Part shown: one piece after another, positions 18,715 through 29,476 of the stretch | How the letters are laid out: every line of letters starts with the position of its first letter | Numbering within the stretch: the first letter of the stretch is position 1 | Assembly (NCBI GenBank): GCA_963666275.2 | Contig: CAXXOA010000001.1 | Location: 736,001-800,000 of the forward strand | Direction of reading: 5' to 3' | Length of the DNA stretch: 64,000 nucleotides | Source of the DNA: Oceanispirochaeta sp. | GTDB taxonomy: Bacteria > Spirochaetota > Spirochaetia > DSM-2461 | Notes under the pieces: generated by a model | The model's input: the letters and a program-made list of their open reading frames with translations, nothing else | Told to the model about the DNA's origin: nothing | The model's database searches: none | Program-made: the position numbers and the translations under genes

Positions 18715-19317
18715 TTATAGATTGCGGCCAAGCAGGACCGTTTTAACGAGTCGTCCGGCCAGTTCCCTTGTCTGATTGAGTGTTTCTTTCTGTTCTTTCA
18801 CTTCTCCGGCTTTAAAAGCATGAAGTACCTTCTGATTAAAAACAATCCGGTAACCCAGGGAGGAGAAAGCCGCCTGCATGGCATCTGCTGTAAAACCAAG
18901 GTTGTCTTCAGTGGTCTGCTCGCAGATGGAGATGAGGCCCGCATAACGGGCCGGGCTTCCCTCCAGTTCGCTGACCCAGGCGGATCTGTCGGTTCTGTCA
19001 AAGGACGTGAAGCAGTAGCAGCGGTCTATGAAGCGTTTCATGTCACTGCTCATATTGTAAAAGTAGGTGGGAGAGCCTGCCAGAAGAACTTCTGATTCCC
19101 GTATAAAGCGGTAGGCATCCTGCATGTCGTCCTGAATAATACAGCGGTTGGTTTTCGCACAGCCTTCGCAGCCGCGGCAGCCTTCAAAGTCCATATCCCC
19201 CAGGTAGAGAATCTGCGTTTCAAAGCCTTCGTCTGAGAAAACCTGAAGGGCTTCTTTCAGGAGGTACGCGGTATTCCCGGTTTTCCTCCTGCTGCCGCAG
19301 ACTGCCAGGGCTTTCAT
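18715..19317 (-). CDS. Iron-sulfur flavoprotein / NADPH-dependent FMN reductase family
   Basis: GSRRKTGNT, CRGCEGC..C..DDM, GSPTYF, KRFIDR. Confidence 0.88.
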   Translation of the reverse strand: MKALAVCGSRRKTGNTAYLLKEALQVFSDEGFETQILYLGDMDFEGCRGCEGCAKTNRCIIQDDMQDAYRFIRESEVLLAGSPTYFYNMSSDMKRFIDRCYCFTSFDRTDRSAWVSELEGSPARYAGLISICEQTTEDNLGFTADAMQAAFSSLGYRIVFNQKVLHAFKAGEVKEQKETLNQTRELAGRLVKTVLLGRNL

Positions 19318-19857
19318 TTATTTGTCCTTTTTACCGTAGAGGACATCTTCCGTCAGATAGCTGTGTTCATGCTGATAGGGCGATTCAATAGTCCCGCTGA
19401 CAAGGACCGGATGAACCGGTATGGACTCAGCTTTCATCAATTCGGCAAGGCGTTTGAGAGAGGATAGGATCATATACTTTTCCCATTCCTGGAGTTTTCC
19501 CAGTTGATCGGTAAACTCCTCCTGCAGAAATGAGGGGTTGGTGGCAAGGATCGTTTCAGCTTTCTCGGTAAGAGTAATATGAACTTTTCTTTTGTCTACG
19601 GAACTTCTTTTCCGGGAGGCGAAGCCCTGCTGTTCCAGCCTGTCCAGAATACTTGTGACAGTGGCCTGTGAGAGGCTGACCTGCTGGGAAATCTTCGATA
19701 TGGGTTTATCGGGATATTTTTTTATCTCTTTCAGAACGATGAGCTGCGGACCTGTGAGGCCGAACTTCTTGGTCAGTTTTTTCGACTGGAGGTCTATGGC
19801 TCTGATTATCTGTCTGAGTGTTGATATTATTTCATCTGCTGTTTCGTTTTTATCCAT
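19318..19857 (-). CDS. MarR-family regulator, EctR/CosR-like
   Basis: LRQIIRAID..SKKL..GLTGPQL, SLSQATVTSILDRLE, DKRKV, LQEWE; divergent from an osmolyte ABC operon. Confidence 0.88.
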   Translation of the reverse strand: MDKNETADEIISTLRQIIRAIDLQSKKLTKKFGLTGPQLIVLKEIKKYPDKPISKISQQVSLSQATVTSILDRLEQQGFASRKRSSVDKRKVHITLTEKAETILATNPSFLQEEFTDQLGKLQEWEKYMILSSLKRLAELMKAESIPVHPVLVSGTIESPYQHEHSYLTEDVLYGKKDK

Positions 19858-20059
19858 GCCCTGTCTCCTATGGGAGAATTTTCCTTACAATAACATTTTT
19901 TCTTCCATAAAGTAAAGAATTCTAATCATTATGGCACTAATTATTATGGCAGGAATGGAAATATACCAGAAAAAATGAAAAAATCTTTTTTAGAACAATC
20001 ATAAAAGAATATGCATGAGAATAGAAGATTAGTGAGAGATTGGAAATGCTTTAATTAAT

Positions 20060-20094
20060 TTGACATAATCCGTTATAAAGATTAGAGTACTAAT
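20060..20094 (+). promoter_or_regulatory. proXVW promoter with overlapping palindromic MarR operator
   Basis: TTGACA-N17-TAGAGT; ATTAGAGTACTAAT overlaps the -10; related ATTATGGCACTAAT at 19928-19941. Confidence 0.65.
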
Positions 20095-20123
20095 AAAAGT
20101 ATTCCAAATAAAAAGAGGTTAGT

Positions 20124-21073
20124 ATGCGCAAAATTTTCGTTCTATTAATGGTTATGCTTATGTCCTTGAGTTTTTCCATTTCTGCAGAGGGACAGCAGGA
20201 TAGTGAAGTCACAACAATTGTCTTCGGAGATGTGTCCTGGGACAGTGTTCAGGTCCATAACAGGATTATGGCATTTATCATTGAAAACGGCCTGGAAGGC
20301 TATAAGGCTGACTTTATCGCTGGTGATACCCTGCCCATTGCCAATGGTCTTATCCAGGGGGATGTGGATGTGGATATGGAATCCTGGCACTCAAACTGGC
20401 AGGAAGTTTACGATAAAGCTATCGCTTCGGGAGACATGATCGACCTGGGAAAAAACCTCCCCGACGGTCCACAGGGCTGGTGGATACCCCGTTATGTAGT
20501 AGAAGGACCCGATGCTATGGCTCCGGGACTGAAAACTGTGGCTGATCTTCCAAGTACGCTCATCTTTTCAAAGATCCGGAAGACCCCGATAAGGGTGTTG
20601 TCTACGGTGGAGTGGCCGGCTGGTCACAGATGAAGATTTCTGAAGCCATTTTTGAAGAGAACGGACTCGGTGATACTTTCAATCTTGGCATTGCCGGTTC
20701 CGGTGCAGCTCTTGCCGGTACTATGGTGGGAGCCTATCAGAAGGGCGAAGCCTGGTGCGGCTACTACTGGGCACCTACTGCGGTTCTGGGAAAACTGGAT
20801 ATGATCCGTCTGAAAGGCAGCGAGTATGAACCTGCGGATGTGAACATTCTGATCAACAAAGGGATGCTTGAAAAAGCCCCGGATGTAGTTGAAATCCTGA
20901 AAAAGTATGAGACTTCCGTCGATGATAACAACGAATTCCTTGCCAAAATGGATTCTGAAGACTGGGATACGACTCAGGCTGCCGAATGGTTTCTGAAAAA
21001 CAAAGAACAGGTCTGGACCAAATGGGTCAGCCCCGAAGTTGCCGAGAAAGTCAAAGCGGCTCTACAGGGTTAG
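20124..21073 (+). pseudogene. proX: Glycine betaine/proline ABC substrate-binding protein, split by a 1-bp deletion near 20550 (pseudogene or sequencing error)
   Basis: Adding one C restores ADLP-KYAHLFKDPEDPDKG joining ORFs 20124-20633 and 20612-21073; WDS, ESW, GYYWAP motifs. Confidence 0.85.
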
Positions 21074-21076
21074 TCA

Positions 21077-22336
21077 ATGGCAGAATTAAACCATGAAAAT
21101 GGCCCCTCCGGGGGCCTTTCTGAGTCTGCTGCGGGACCCCAGATTGTTATAAAAGATCTATGGAAAGTCTACGGCAGGGATCCTAAGAGGGTTCTGAAAA
21201 AAGATCTCAGAGAAAAAAGCAAAGAAGAGATCCAGAAAAAAACCGGCTGCATCGTGGGAATGAGAAATATCAATCTCACAGTGGAAAAAGGGCAGTTCTA
21301 TATCCTTATGGGACTTTCAGGGAGCGGAAAGTCCACACTGGTCAGAAATCTGATCCGACTTGTGAATCCCACCTCCGGTACGATAACCATCAATAATGAA
21401 AATATTACCAAAATGAGTCATGACCAGCTGCTGCAGTTCAGACGAAAGACCTTCGGAATGGTTTTTCAGCACTATGGTCTGCTCCCTCATTTAACAGTAT
21501 TGGACAATGCCGCCTATGGTTTGAAAGTCAAAGGCCTGCCCAAGGGGGAGCGCTATGCCAAGGCGATGCAGACTCTGGAAACTGTAGGCCTCAAAGGCTG
21601 GGAGGATTACTATCCGGGATCTCTCAGCGGGGGGATGCAGCAGAGAGTGGGGCTTGCAAGAGCTCTGGCCAATGACCCTGAAATCCTTCTGATGGATGAG
21701 CCCTTCAGCGGGCTGGACCCTCTTATCCGGCGGCAGATGCAGGATGAGCTCGTAGAGCTGCAGGATAAACTTCAGAAAACCATTATTTTTGTTACCCATG
21801 ACCTTCATGAGGCCCTTAAACTGGGTGACAGAATCGCCATCATGCGAAACGGAGAGGTGGTACAGGAGGGAACTCCTGAAGAAATCGTAACCCAGCCGGC
21901 GGATGATTATGTTCAGGAGTTTGTCCGGGATGCCTCTCCGGCTAAAGTTCTGACCGCAGGCAGCATCATGGAACCCCCGAAAGTTCTTCTTTACGGATGG
22001 GAAGGTCCCAAAACAGCATTGACCCTTCTGCGGTCCAATAAACGTAACGCCGCATTTGTGGTAACCAAAGGGCATAAACTTCTGGGGGTCGCCCAGGACA
22101 AGAAACTTGAAAATCTTCTTGAAAAAGGGGAGGCTTCCGGAGGAATCCCTGAGAGTATTCTCAGGAAAGTTCCCACCGTATCGGAAGATACCATTCTGGA
22201 GGATATGTTTTCCATTATTTCCGAGAATCCCTATCCTGTCCCTGTGGTGGATGATACGGGAAAGCTGAAAGGGGTTGTGACTACCGACCATATTTTTGAG
22301 TCCATTTCCCCACTGGAAGGAGATGAGAATGATTGA
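21077..22336 (+). CDS. proV: Glycine betaine/proline ABC ATP-binding protein with CBS pair
   Basis: [46 protein letters not shown]-terminal CBS domains. Confidence 0.93.
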   Translation: MAELNHENGPSGGLSESAAGPQIVIKDLWKVYGRDPKRVLKKDLREKSKEEIQKKTGCIVGMRNINLTVEKGQFYILMGLSGSGKSTLVRNLIRLVNPTSGTITINNENITKMSHDQLLQFRRKTFGMVFQHYGLLPHLTVLDNAAYGLKVKGLPKGERYAKAMQTLETVGLKGWEDYYPGSLSGGMQQRVGLARALANDPEILLMDEPFSGLDPLIRRQMQDELVELQDKLQKTIIFVTHDLHEALKLGDRIAIMRNGEVVQEGTPEEIVTQPADDYVQEFVRDASPAKVLTAGSIMEPPKVLLYGWEGPKTALTLLRSNKRNAAFVVTKGHKLLGVAQDKKLENLLEKGEASGGIPESILRKVPTVSEDTILEDMFSIISENPYPVPVVDDTGKLKGVVTTDHIFESISPLEGDEND

Positions 22337-23174
22337 ATTTCCTGAAATATTAAATATCCCTCTGGCGGACTGGATCGATGGTGCCATGACCTGGCTTCTG
22401 CAGAATCTGGACGCTTTCTTTGATGCCATAGGGTTTATCATTCTGCAGGTAGTGAACGGCTTCGAGGCTTTTTTCCTCTTTCTGCCCTGGTTCATTCTGA
22501 TTCCCCTGGTAGGGCTTGCAGGATGGAAGCTCATAGGAAAAATCAGGACGGGAATTGTCTTTATGATCCTTATGGTGATCATAGGTTCCTTCGGATACTG
22601 GGAACTGGCTATGAGAACTCTCAGCCTTGTGATCGCTTCGGTTTTCTTCTCTCTGCTTATAGGAATTCCCATGGGAATCAATATGGCGCGGAATGACAGA
22701 ACCCAGATGATCCTGAAACCTGTTCTGGATATGATGCAGACCATGCCGAGTTTTGTCTATCTCATACCGGCTCTTATGTTTTTCGGAATGGGAAAGGTTC
22801 CTGCCATGTTTGCAACAATTATCTATGCTGTTCCTCCTGTGATCCGTCTGACCAATGTGGGGATCAGAACAGTAGATATAGAAGCCGTGGAAGCCTCCAA
22901 AGCCTTTGGAGCCACTCCCCGGCAGGTGCTCTTTGATGTGCAGCTGCCCCTGGCAAAGCCGTCTATCATGGTGGGGATCAACCAGACCACAATGATGGCT
23001 CTGGCTATGGTGGTTATCGGTTCCATGATCGGAGCCAAGGGGCTGGGAATGGAAGTCCTTCTTGCCATCAGCCGAATCGAGGTTGGTCAGGGATTCGAAG
23101 CGGGGATTTCCATTGTTTTCCTGGCGATCATCATTGACCGTATTACCTACTCTTTTTCTGAAAAACACAAATAA
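22329..23174 (+). CDS. proW: Glycine betaine/proline ABC permease
   Basis: LDMMQTMPSFVYLIP, IRLTNVGIR, GINQTTMMALAMVVI. Confidence 0.93.
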   Translation: MIEFPEILNIPLADWIDGAMTWLLQNLDAFFDAIGFIILQVVNGFEAFFLFLPWFILIPLVGLAGWKLIGKIRTGIVFMILMVIIGSFGYWELAMRTLSLVIASVFFSLLIGIPMGINMARNDRTQMILKPVLDMMQTMPSFVYLIPALMFFGMGKVPAMFATIIYAVPPVIRLTNVGIRTVDIEAVEASKAFGATPRQVLFDVQLPLAKPSIMVGINQTTMMALAMVVIGSMIGAKGLGMEVLLAISRIEVGQGFEAGISIVFLAIIIDRITYSFSEKHK

Positions 23175-23185
23175 AACAGCAACAT

Positions 23186-23214
23186 TCCCCGGCAGCTGCC
23201 GGGGATCTTTTTTT
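23186..23214 (+). terminator. Intrinsic terminator after proW
   Basis: Perfect palindrome TCCCCGGCAGCTGCCGGGGA followed by a T tract. Confidence 0.85.
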
Positions 23215-23264
23215 CTTCTTACCACCGGCATGACAAAATCCTTTTAAGCGAATACAATACTCTG

Positions 23265-24629
23265 ATGCACCTGGGGTTTTCTTTCAGAGGCAGGGAAACA
23301 TTGAAACCGCTGACGCTTATCGCCTTCCCTGTAATGCTTGCCAATATCGTAGAAACTCTTTATAACCTGACGGATACCTGGTTCCTTGGAAAACTGGGGC
23401 CCCGGGAACTGGCGGCACCCTCGGTCTCTTTCAATTTTATTATGCTCATAATGCTGATGGGGACAGGACTTTCCTCTGCGGGGACTACCCTGATTGCCAG
23501 GGCTGTGGGACGCCGGGATCAGGGGAGAGTCAATTTCTATCTGGGACAGCTGACTCTTCTGCTCCTGTTTTTTTCTCTTCTCACAGGCAGTCTGGGGTAC
23601 TTTCTCTCAGACTTTTTTCTGAATCTTATCAATACCCCCGGGGATATGATGGTTCAGACCGGGGACTATCTGAGGATTATCAGCCTGGGGGTTCCCTTTA
23701 TGTATGGTTTTTTTATCCTCCAGGCGACCATGCAGGGGGTGGGAGATACAGCGGTGCCTCTCAGAATTCAGCTTTTTGCCACTGCTGTGAATATTCCCCT
23801 GGATGCCCTGCTCATATTCGGTGCCGGGCCGGTTCCCTCCATGGGGGTTCACGGGGCGGCACTGGCAACGGTGAGCGCCAGGGCCCTGGCCTGTGCCGCC
23901 GGTTTTGTCATTCTTATCAGAGGGAGAAAGGGGGTCCGCCTTCAAAAGCGCTACCTTAGGATTTCCCTCGGGGGGATGAAAAATATACTGAAGATCGGAT
24001 TGCCCTCGGCGGTGAGCCATATGGGATCCTCCCTGGGGTTTACGGTCATGCATGGCATGGTGAATCTCTACGGGACATCTGTTATCGCGGCGTTCGGGGT
24101 TGTCAATAAAGTTCATGCCGTCTTCTATATGCCAGTACAGGGGCTGGCCAAAGGGGTGACCACCATGGTGGGGCAGTCTCTGGGAGCGGAAAACAGGAAC
24201 CGCGCAGTCCAGAGCGTCCATACGGGGATTTTCCTGGCTCTGATATTTATAATCCCCTCAATGGCTTTCTGCTACTGGGGAGGAGAGGGGCTGATAAGAT
24301 TGTTTATTACTGAGCCGGATGTTATTATTCAGGGGGCATATATTTTTAGAATCATATCGCCTTCGGTAGTCATATTTGCTATTTTTATGATATATGTGGG
24401 AGCCTTTCAGGGGGCTGGTGATACCCGTTCCATTATGATCATGCATATGGGGCGTCTCTGGGCTATCCGTCTTCCGATAGCCTGGTTTCTGACGACCCGG
24501 GCCCGGATGGGATCCGAAGGGATATGGTATGCCATGTTCCTGTCCAATCTTATGATAACTCTGATTGGGCATATCCGCTTTCTGCGGGGAAAATGGGTTG
24601 ATGCTCTCAATAACGATAAGGATTTATAG
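23265..24629 (+). CDS. MATE family efflux transporter
   Basis: LYNLTDTWFLG, QGVGDT..P, NIPLDALLIFG, about 12 TM; promoter ATGACA-N17-TACAAT 6 nt upstream. Confidence 0.92.
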   Translation: MHLGFSFRGRETLKPLTLIAFPVMLANIVETLYNLTDTWFLGKLGPRELAAPSVSFNFIMLIMLMGTGLSSAGTTLIARAVGRRDQGRVNFYLGQLTLLLLFFSLLTGSLGYFLSDFFLNLINTPGDMMVQTGDYLRIISLGVPFMYGFFILQATMQGVGDTAVPLRIQLFATAVNIPLDALLIFGAGPVPSMGVHGAALATVSARALACAAGFVILIRGRKGVRLQKRYLRISLGGMKNILKIGLPSAVSHMGSSLGFTVMHGMVNLYGTSVIAAFGVVNKVHAVFYMPVQGLAKGVTTMVGQSLGAENRNRAVQSVHTGIFLALIFIIPSMAFCYWGGEGLIRLFITEPDVIIQGAYIFRIISPSVVIFAIFMIYVGAFQGAGDTRSIMIMHMGRLWAIRLPIAWFLTTRARMGSEGIWYAMFLSNLMITLIGHIRFLRGKWVDALNNDKDL

Positions 24630-24638
24630 GACCGCTAA

Positions 24639-27600
24639 GTGAAGATTCTCCCCGAGAACCTGTGGGAACAGAAACAATTTCAGTCTCATCTGCCCGAAGC
24701 CCGTGCCTTTCTGAAAGAGAACCGTGTTTATAATCTCAAAGTCAGAGAGGGGGAGCTGCGGGGGTATGTTCTGGGAGATGAACCCCTTCCCCGGGAAGTT
24801 CTGCTTCAGTACAGGGAGGAGAATAAAGGGGAGAACCGTATCTTCTGGAGCTGCGAATGCGGGGATGAAGAGTTCTGTGTTCACCTGGCGGCTCTGGTGC
24901 TGCGTATTGAGGGGCCGGGGCAGGAATTCGGTCCCTGGAAAACCAGACTGGCCTGTCCCGAGGGAGCCGCTGCTGTTTCGGGCAAGCCCTCCTATTCAGA
25001 CGATGGGGACGCCGATCTTTTCGGAGGAGATCTTTTTTCCGCCCCCGCTGTGACAGAGCGGGCTTCTTCCGCTCCTGCCGCGTCGGCTGACTATCAGGAT
25101 GATATCCCTCTCTTTCGGGATTTGAGCGAAGAGGACCTGCTCCTTCACCACGATCCTCCCCGGTATGATCTTATTTTTACTCTTTCCGTCTCCCGGGGGG
25201 AGGGAATTCTTGTCAGGCCGGCCCTTATCCGCCTGAGAGAGGGGGTTCGAAGCGGTAGTCTGGCCAGGTATAAAAGGGAGCGGCCGGTTTCTGTTCTGAG
25301 ACCCGAACAGCAGGATCTGCTGAACAGTCTCATGTCCACGGAAGAGGAAAGTCTTCCTCTGGAGGAGTGTCTCGGTGATGTGCTGAAACAGTCGGAGCTC
25401 TTTACCACAGCAAAAAGTATCCTTGAGGTCTACCATTCCTCCCGGGTTGAAATCTCTTTCCATTTTCAGGAACTCCTGGGAGATGACAGACCCTTATACT
25501 ATCCTGAGTACAGGTTTTTTCACGATCGGGGGGATGAAGCCATCACAGGCATGTCCGGAGGGCTCATTATCCGAGGAGGAAAGGTCTTCTATCTGGATGA
25601 GAAGAAAGCGATTCTGATCCTTCTGAAAGAGGACTCGAATGCCTCCTTTTTTCTGAACCTCCTTCAGTCCAAGAATCAGGGTTTTCTTGCCGCCGATATC
25701 AGAGGACTTCTGCGGCTGGGAAAGAGCCTTTCCGGTTCGGTTGTGGATATCTGTGAAGACTATCCCCCTGTTTCCATCAGAAAAGCGGATCCTGACATTG
25801 TCCTTAAAATGCGCAGCCGCCAGGACAGAACGGAGCTTTTTTTCTTTTTCCGGTACGGAAGTTCAGATGTGGCTTATCAGGATCCGGTCTACTGGCTGCC
25901 TCCGGGCGAACCGGAGGGGGCGGGCGTCCTGATCATTGAGAAGAGGAACAGGGAAAAAGAGTCGGAACTTGTCAAACAGGTTGTAGAAAAGTTTTCGGAT
26001 AATCTGAGTTTTGAAAAAGGCTATTACGCTCGGCTTGTCAATGAAAACAGGGACGGAGATCTCAGGCTGGATATGACTCTGGAAGAGTTTCTGGCCTCCT
26101 ATGCGCGCTCTCTCAAAGAGATCGGCGTGGAGCTGCAGCTGGAGGAGAGGAAGATCAGCTCTGCCGGAAACATCAGATTCAATGTGAAAGGAAAGACAGA
26201 CTGGCTGGAAGTGGATGCCATGATGGAAGATCCCGATACCCAGGAGCTGAAGTCCCTCTTTCTGGATGATCACTATCAGACTCTGGGACTTATCAGCACG
26301 GGAAGCAGCTACATTAAGCTCAACGAGCTCCAGCTGCGGCAGCTGGAGTATCTGCAGCGTCAGGGGATGGATGAAGAGGGGAAAATAAAAGTTTCTCCCT
26401 CAAATTTTTCTCTGGTTGACAGTATCTATGAACAGGTCATAGAAAAGGAGGGCTCTCCTATTGAGGATGCGGCTCTTCAGGCCAGGGAATTCCGGAATGC
26501 CTTCAACAGTGAAAATCTTTCTCCACCCGAAAGGATTAATGCCACTCTGCGTCCCTATCAGCTGAGCGGATATAACTGGCTCAGGACCCTTCACAACCTG
26601 GGCTACGCGGGCTGTCTGGCCGATGATATGGGGCTGGGAAAAACCCTGCAGACCCTCAGTCTGCTTCAGTCTCTTAAAGAGTCCGGAGATCTGCAGACCT
26701 CTCTCCTGGTCGCTCCCGTCGTGACTCTGGCCAACTGGGAAAGGGAAATGGACAAGTTTACTCCCGAACTCTCCTACTACAGACACGCCGGCAGTGAGCG
26801 CCACGATGATGCGGATCTGTTTGGCAGGTATGACCTTGTCATTGTCAGTTATCATACCCTCAGGAATGATGTGGATCTATTCCTGGACCGGGTATTTGAC
26901 TATATCATTCTGGATGAGGCCCATTATATAAAAAATGCCTCCTCCATTATTTTCAAGTCCATACGATCCCTGAAAAGCCGCCATAGACTCTCTCTGACGG
27001 GGACTCCCATCGAGAACAATACAATGGAGCTCTGGTCGCAGTTCAATTTTCTGAATTCAGGTCTGCTGGGTTCTCAGAAGGACTTTATAAGCCGCTTTGC
27101 CAATCCTATTGAGAAAAAGCAGGACAGGGTCGCTCTGGATCTTCTGAAGGAACGGGTTTCTCCCTTTATCCTGCGCCGGAAAAAAGAGGATGTCCTGGAT
27201 GACCTTCCTCCCAAGGAGATCATTGTCAATTATTGTGAAATGGGTGAGACCCAGTCGGCTCTCTATAACAAGTACAGAGATTACTACCGGGCCCGTGTGA
27301 AAGGGCTTCTCGATGAGAAGGGTGTCGCCGGATCCTCTATGGAAATCTTCCAGTTTATTCTTAAGCTCAGGCAGATCGCCATATTCCCGCCCATGTCGGG
27401 GAATGAAGGAAAATCTGTGGCTTCCTGTAAGATGGATGCTCTGTTCTCCCTGCTGGATGAAGTTCTGGAAGAGGACCACAAAATCCTGATTTTCTCCCAG
27501 TTCCTGGGGTCTCTCCGGGCTATGGAGGAGCACTGCCGGGTTCAGCACTGGGACTATTCTTTTATTACGGGACAGACTTCTGACCGGGAAGAGCAGATAA

Positions 27601-27929
27601 GACGGTTTCAGGAAGAGGAAGATGTGAAAGTCTTTCTCCTCAGCCTGAAAGCCGGAGGTGTGGGAATCAATCTCACGGCTGCGGATTACGTGGTCCTCTT
27701 TGATCCCTGGTGGAATCCGGCAGCAGAAAGACAGGCCATAGACAGGGCTCATAGAATGGGGCAGAAAAGGAAGGTCCTCTCCTATAAAATGATTGCCCGG
27801 GATACCATAGAAGAGAAGATCCTGAAAATGCAGGAAGAGAAAACAGCTCTGCTGGAGGGTGTTATATCTGAAGATTCCGGTTTCTTCGGATCTCTTCAGG
27901 AAGATGAGATCGTAGACTTATTCAATTAG
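24639..27929 (+). CDS. SWIM-zinc-finger SNF2-family helicase
   Basis: SWIM CECGDEEFCVH; LADDMGLGKT, DEAH, LTGTP, FDPWWNPA, QAIDRAHRMGQ. Confidence 0.93.
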   Translation: MKILPENLWEQKQFQSHLPEARAFLKENRVYNLKVREGELRGYVLGDEPLPREVLLQYREENKGENRIFWSCECGDEEFCVHLAALVLRIEGPGQEFGPWKTRLACPEGAAAVSGKPSYSDDGDADLFGGDLFSAPAVTERASSAPAASADYQDDIPLFRDLSEEDLLLHHDPPRYDLIFTLSVSRGEGILVRPALIRLREGVRSGSLARYKRERPVSVLRPEQQDLLNSLMSTEEESLPLEECLGDVLKQSELFTTAKSILEVYHSSRVEISFHFQELLGDDRPLYYPEYRFFHDRGDEAITGMSGGLIIRGGKVFYLDEKKAILILLKEDSNASFFLNLLQSKNQGFLAADIRGLLRLGKSLSGSVVDICEDYPPVSIRKADPDIVLKMRSRQDRTELFFFFRYGSSDVAYQDPVYWLPPGEPEGAGVLIIEKRNREKESELVKQVVEKFSDNLSFEKGYYARLVNENRDGDLRLDMTLEEFLASYARSLKEIGVELQLEERKISSAGNIRFNVKGKTDWLEVDAMMEDPDTQELKSLFLDDHYQTLGLISTGSSYIKLNELQLRQLEYLQRQGMDEEGKIKVSPSNFSLVDSIYEQVIEKEGSPIEDAALQAREFRNAFNSENLSPPERINATLRPYQLSGYNWLRTLHNLGYAGCLADDMGLGKTLQTLSLLQSLKESGDLQTSLLVAPVVTLANWEREMDKFTPELSYYRHAGSERHDDADLFGRYDLVIVSYHTLRNDVDLFLDRVFDYIILDEAHYIKNASSIIFKSIRSLKSRHRLSLTGTPIENNTMELWSQFNFLNSGLLGSQKDFISRFANPIEKKQDRVALDLLKERVSPFILRRKKEDVLDDLPPKEIIVNYCEMGETQSALYNKYRDYYRARVKGLLDEKGVAGSSMEIFQFILKLRQIAIFPPMSGNEGKSVASCKMDALFSLLDEVLEEDHKILIFSQFLGSLRAMEEHCRVQHWDYSFITGQTSDREEQIRRFQEEEDVKVFLLSLKAGGVGINLTAADYVVLFDPWWNPAAERQAIDRAHRMGQKRKVLSYKMIARDTIEEKILKMQEEKTALLEGVISEDSGFFGSLQEDEIVDLFN

Positions 27930-27956
27930 TGTGGATTGTTTCCCCAGTTCTCACAG

Positions 27957-27986
27957 AAAAAAAAAGCACCCTCCGGAGAGGATGCT
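27957..27986 (-). terminator. Intrinsic terminator of lipoprotein gene
   Basis: AGCATCCTCTCCGGAGGGTGCT + T9 on minus strand. Confidence 0.7.
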
Positions 27987-28009
27987 GCTTTTATAAGTGA
28001 AAATGTCTC

Positions 28010-28399
28010 TTAGTTGTATTTGATGACAACACCGGAAACATGAGCTGTCGCGGGAGCATAGAGTCCCCAGGTCAGTCCGTTCAGGATCAGATCCACAACA
28101 GAGGCTTCATAACGGATCTCAACATTTACTGCTGCATCACCGGTATATTTCTGAATCTCTCTCTGGATCGCATCGTAAATTTCAGTATCCATGGCATCGG
28201 CACTGACATTAAGCAGGTTGGCACCGCCGGCTGATCCAAGAAATTCGTTCACTTTGATGGAAATATCAAAGTCTCCCACAGCTGAGTAGGAGGGGATCTC
28301 TTTGGTTACCTGAGCACCGGACATCTGAAATGTGGTACAGGATGTCAGAGCAACGGCAACAAGAAGCAGAAGCGCTGCAATTTTGACAGTATTTTTCAT
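28010..28399 (-). CDS. Small spirochaetal lipoprotein, unknown function
   Basis: Signal MKNTVKIAALLLLVAVALTS-C; GGAG RBS. Confidence 0.8.
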   Translation of the reverse strand: MKNTVKIAALLLLVAVALTSCTTFQMSGAQVTKEIPSYSAVGDFDISIKVNEFLGSAGGANLLNVSADAMDTEIYDAIQREIQKYTGDAAVNVEIRYEASVVDLILNGLTWGLYAPATAHVSGVVIKYN

Positions 28400-28513
28400 T
28401 TTTTTCTCTCCATAAAATAAAATTCAATAAGATAAAATATAGGCTTATTTTCCGGGAATCACAAATAAAAAGCAATATCAATTCCAGAAAAAATAAACAT
28501 GTATATACGAAAT

Positions 28514-29008
28514 TTACATGTGTCTGCTTATGAATTTGACTATTATGGGCATCAGGACCACAACACAGATAATTCTGAGGGTATGCATAAGCGCCACGAT
28601 ATGGGCCTGTGCCCCGTAGGCTTCGGAAATGATGACAATGTTGGATAAACCACCGGGAGAAGAACTGAACAGCGCCGTCAGGAGGTCCATACCTGTCAAC
28701 CGGGAGATCAGCCAGCCCATAAGAAGGCTGAAAACCATCAGACCTGCCACCATAATAACCGCAGATACCATGACAGACCCCAGCCCTTTGATATTGGCCA
28801 TATTAAAGTTCAATCCGATCGCCGTGCCTATGGCAATCTGCAGGATGGTATTGACCTGGGGAGGAACATACCCAGCATCCGTAACCAGATTATATACAGC
28901 AGAAAAAAGCATCGCTCCGAAAAGGGAGCCCGCCGGGATTTTGAGTTTCATTCCCAGTATTCCGCCCAGTGTACCAATCAGTATTGTGGTGATAAATTTT
29001 ACCAGCAT
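28514..29008 (-). CDS. AbrB-family membrane protein (single-repeat, half-size)
   Basis: KIPAGSLFGAM, QIAIG..IG, SSPGGLS, HTLRI. Confidence 0.85.
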   Translation of the reverse strand: MLVKFITTILIGTLGGILGMKLKIPAGSLFGAMLFSAVYNLVTDAGYVPPQVNTILQIAIGTAIGLNFNMANIKGLGSVMVSAVIMVAGLMVFSLLMGWLISRLTGMDLLTALFSSSPGGLSNIVIISEAYGAQAHIVALMHTLRIICVVVLMPIIVKFISRHM

Positions 29009-29092
29009 AGAGCAACCTCCGGTTTTTATGAGAGATAGATTTAAATCTCCCCTTTTTGGACCCGGGGAGAAAGGGGTAGGGATATCTTCGTG

Positions 29093-29476
29093 TTATCTGC
29101 TGATATGTTCCCGGACTTTCCTGAGAATGTCATCATTCCGGAAAGGTTTTTTTATAAACCCGATATGATCGGATTTCTCCAGTCCCTGCATATACTGCTC
29201 CTGAAAATATCCGGACATGAAAAGGATGTTAATATCAGGACAAATACTCTTTATCGCTTCATAACTGTTGATTCCGGACATTTCAGGCATGACCATATCC
29301 ATAATAATAAGGTTGAACAGGTCCGGATTCTTTTTGATCATAAACAGGGCTTCTTTTCCGTTTTCCACAGTGGTTACCTGGTAATCCTCTTTTGAAAGCA
29401 GTTCAAAAAGGAGGTCTCTCAGGATCGGTTCATCATCAACTAGGAGAATATTGAATGTATTATTTTTATCTGACAT
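29093..29476 (-). CDS. Single-domain response regulator (REC)
   Basis: ILLVDDE, IMDMVMPEMSG, MSGY, KPF; GAGGT RBS. Confidence 0.9.
   Translation of the reverse strand: MSDKNNTFNILLVDDEPILRDLLFELLSKEDYQVTTVENGKEALFMIKKNPDLFNLIIMDMVMPEMSGINSYEAIKSICPDINILFMSGYFQEQYMQGLEKSDHIGFIKKPFRNDDILRKVREHISR

Noticed and set aside
20540..20560. Programmed -1 ribosomal frameshift in proX
   Set aside because: No X_XXY_YYZ slippery site or obvious stimulatory structure; an error or mutation is more parsimonious.
6593..27929. BREX/DISARM-like defence system from the MTase plus SNF2 helicase
   Set aside because: 16 kb apart, on opposite strands, separated by housekeeping genes; the SWIM-SNF2 is the common stand-alone type and no accessory defence genes are seen.
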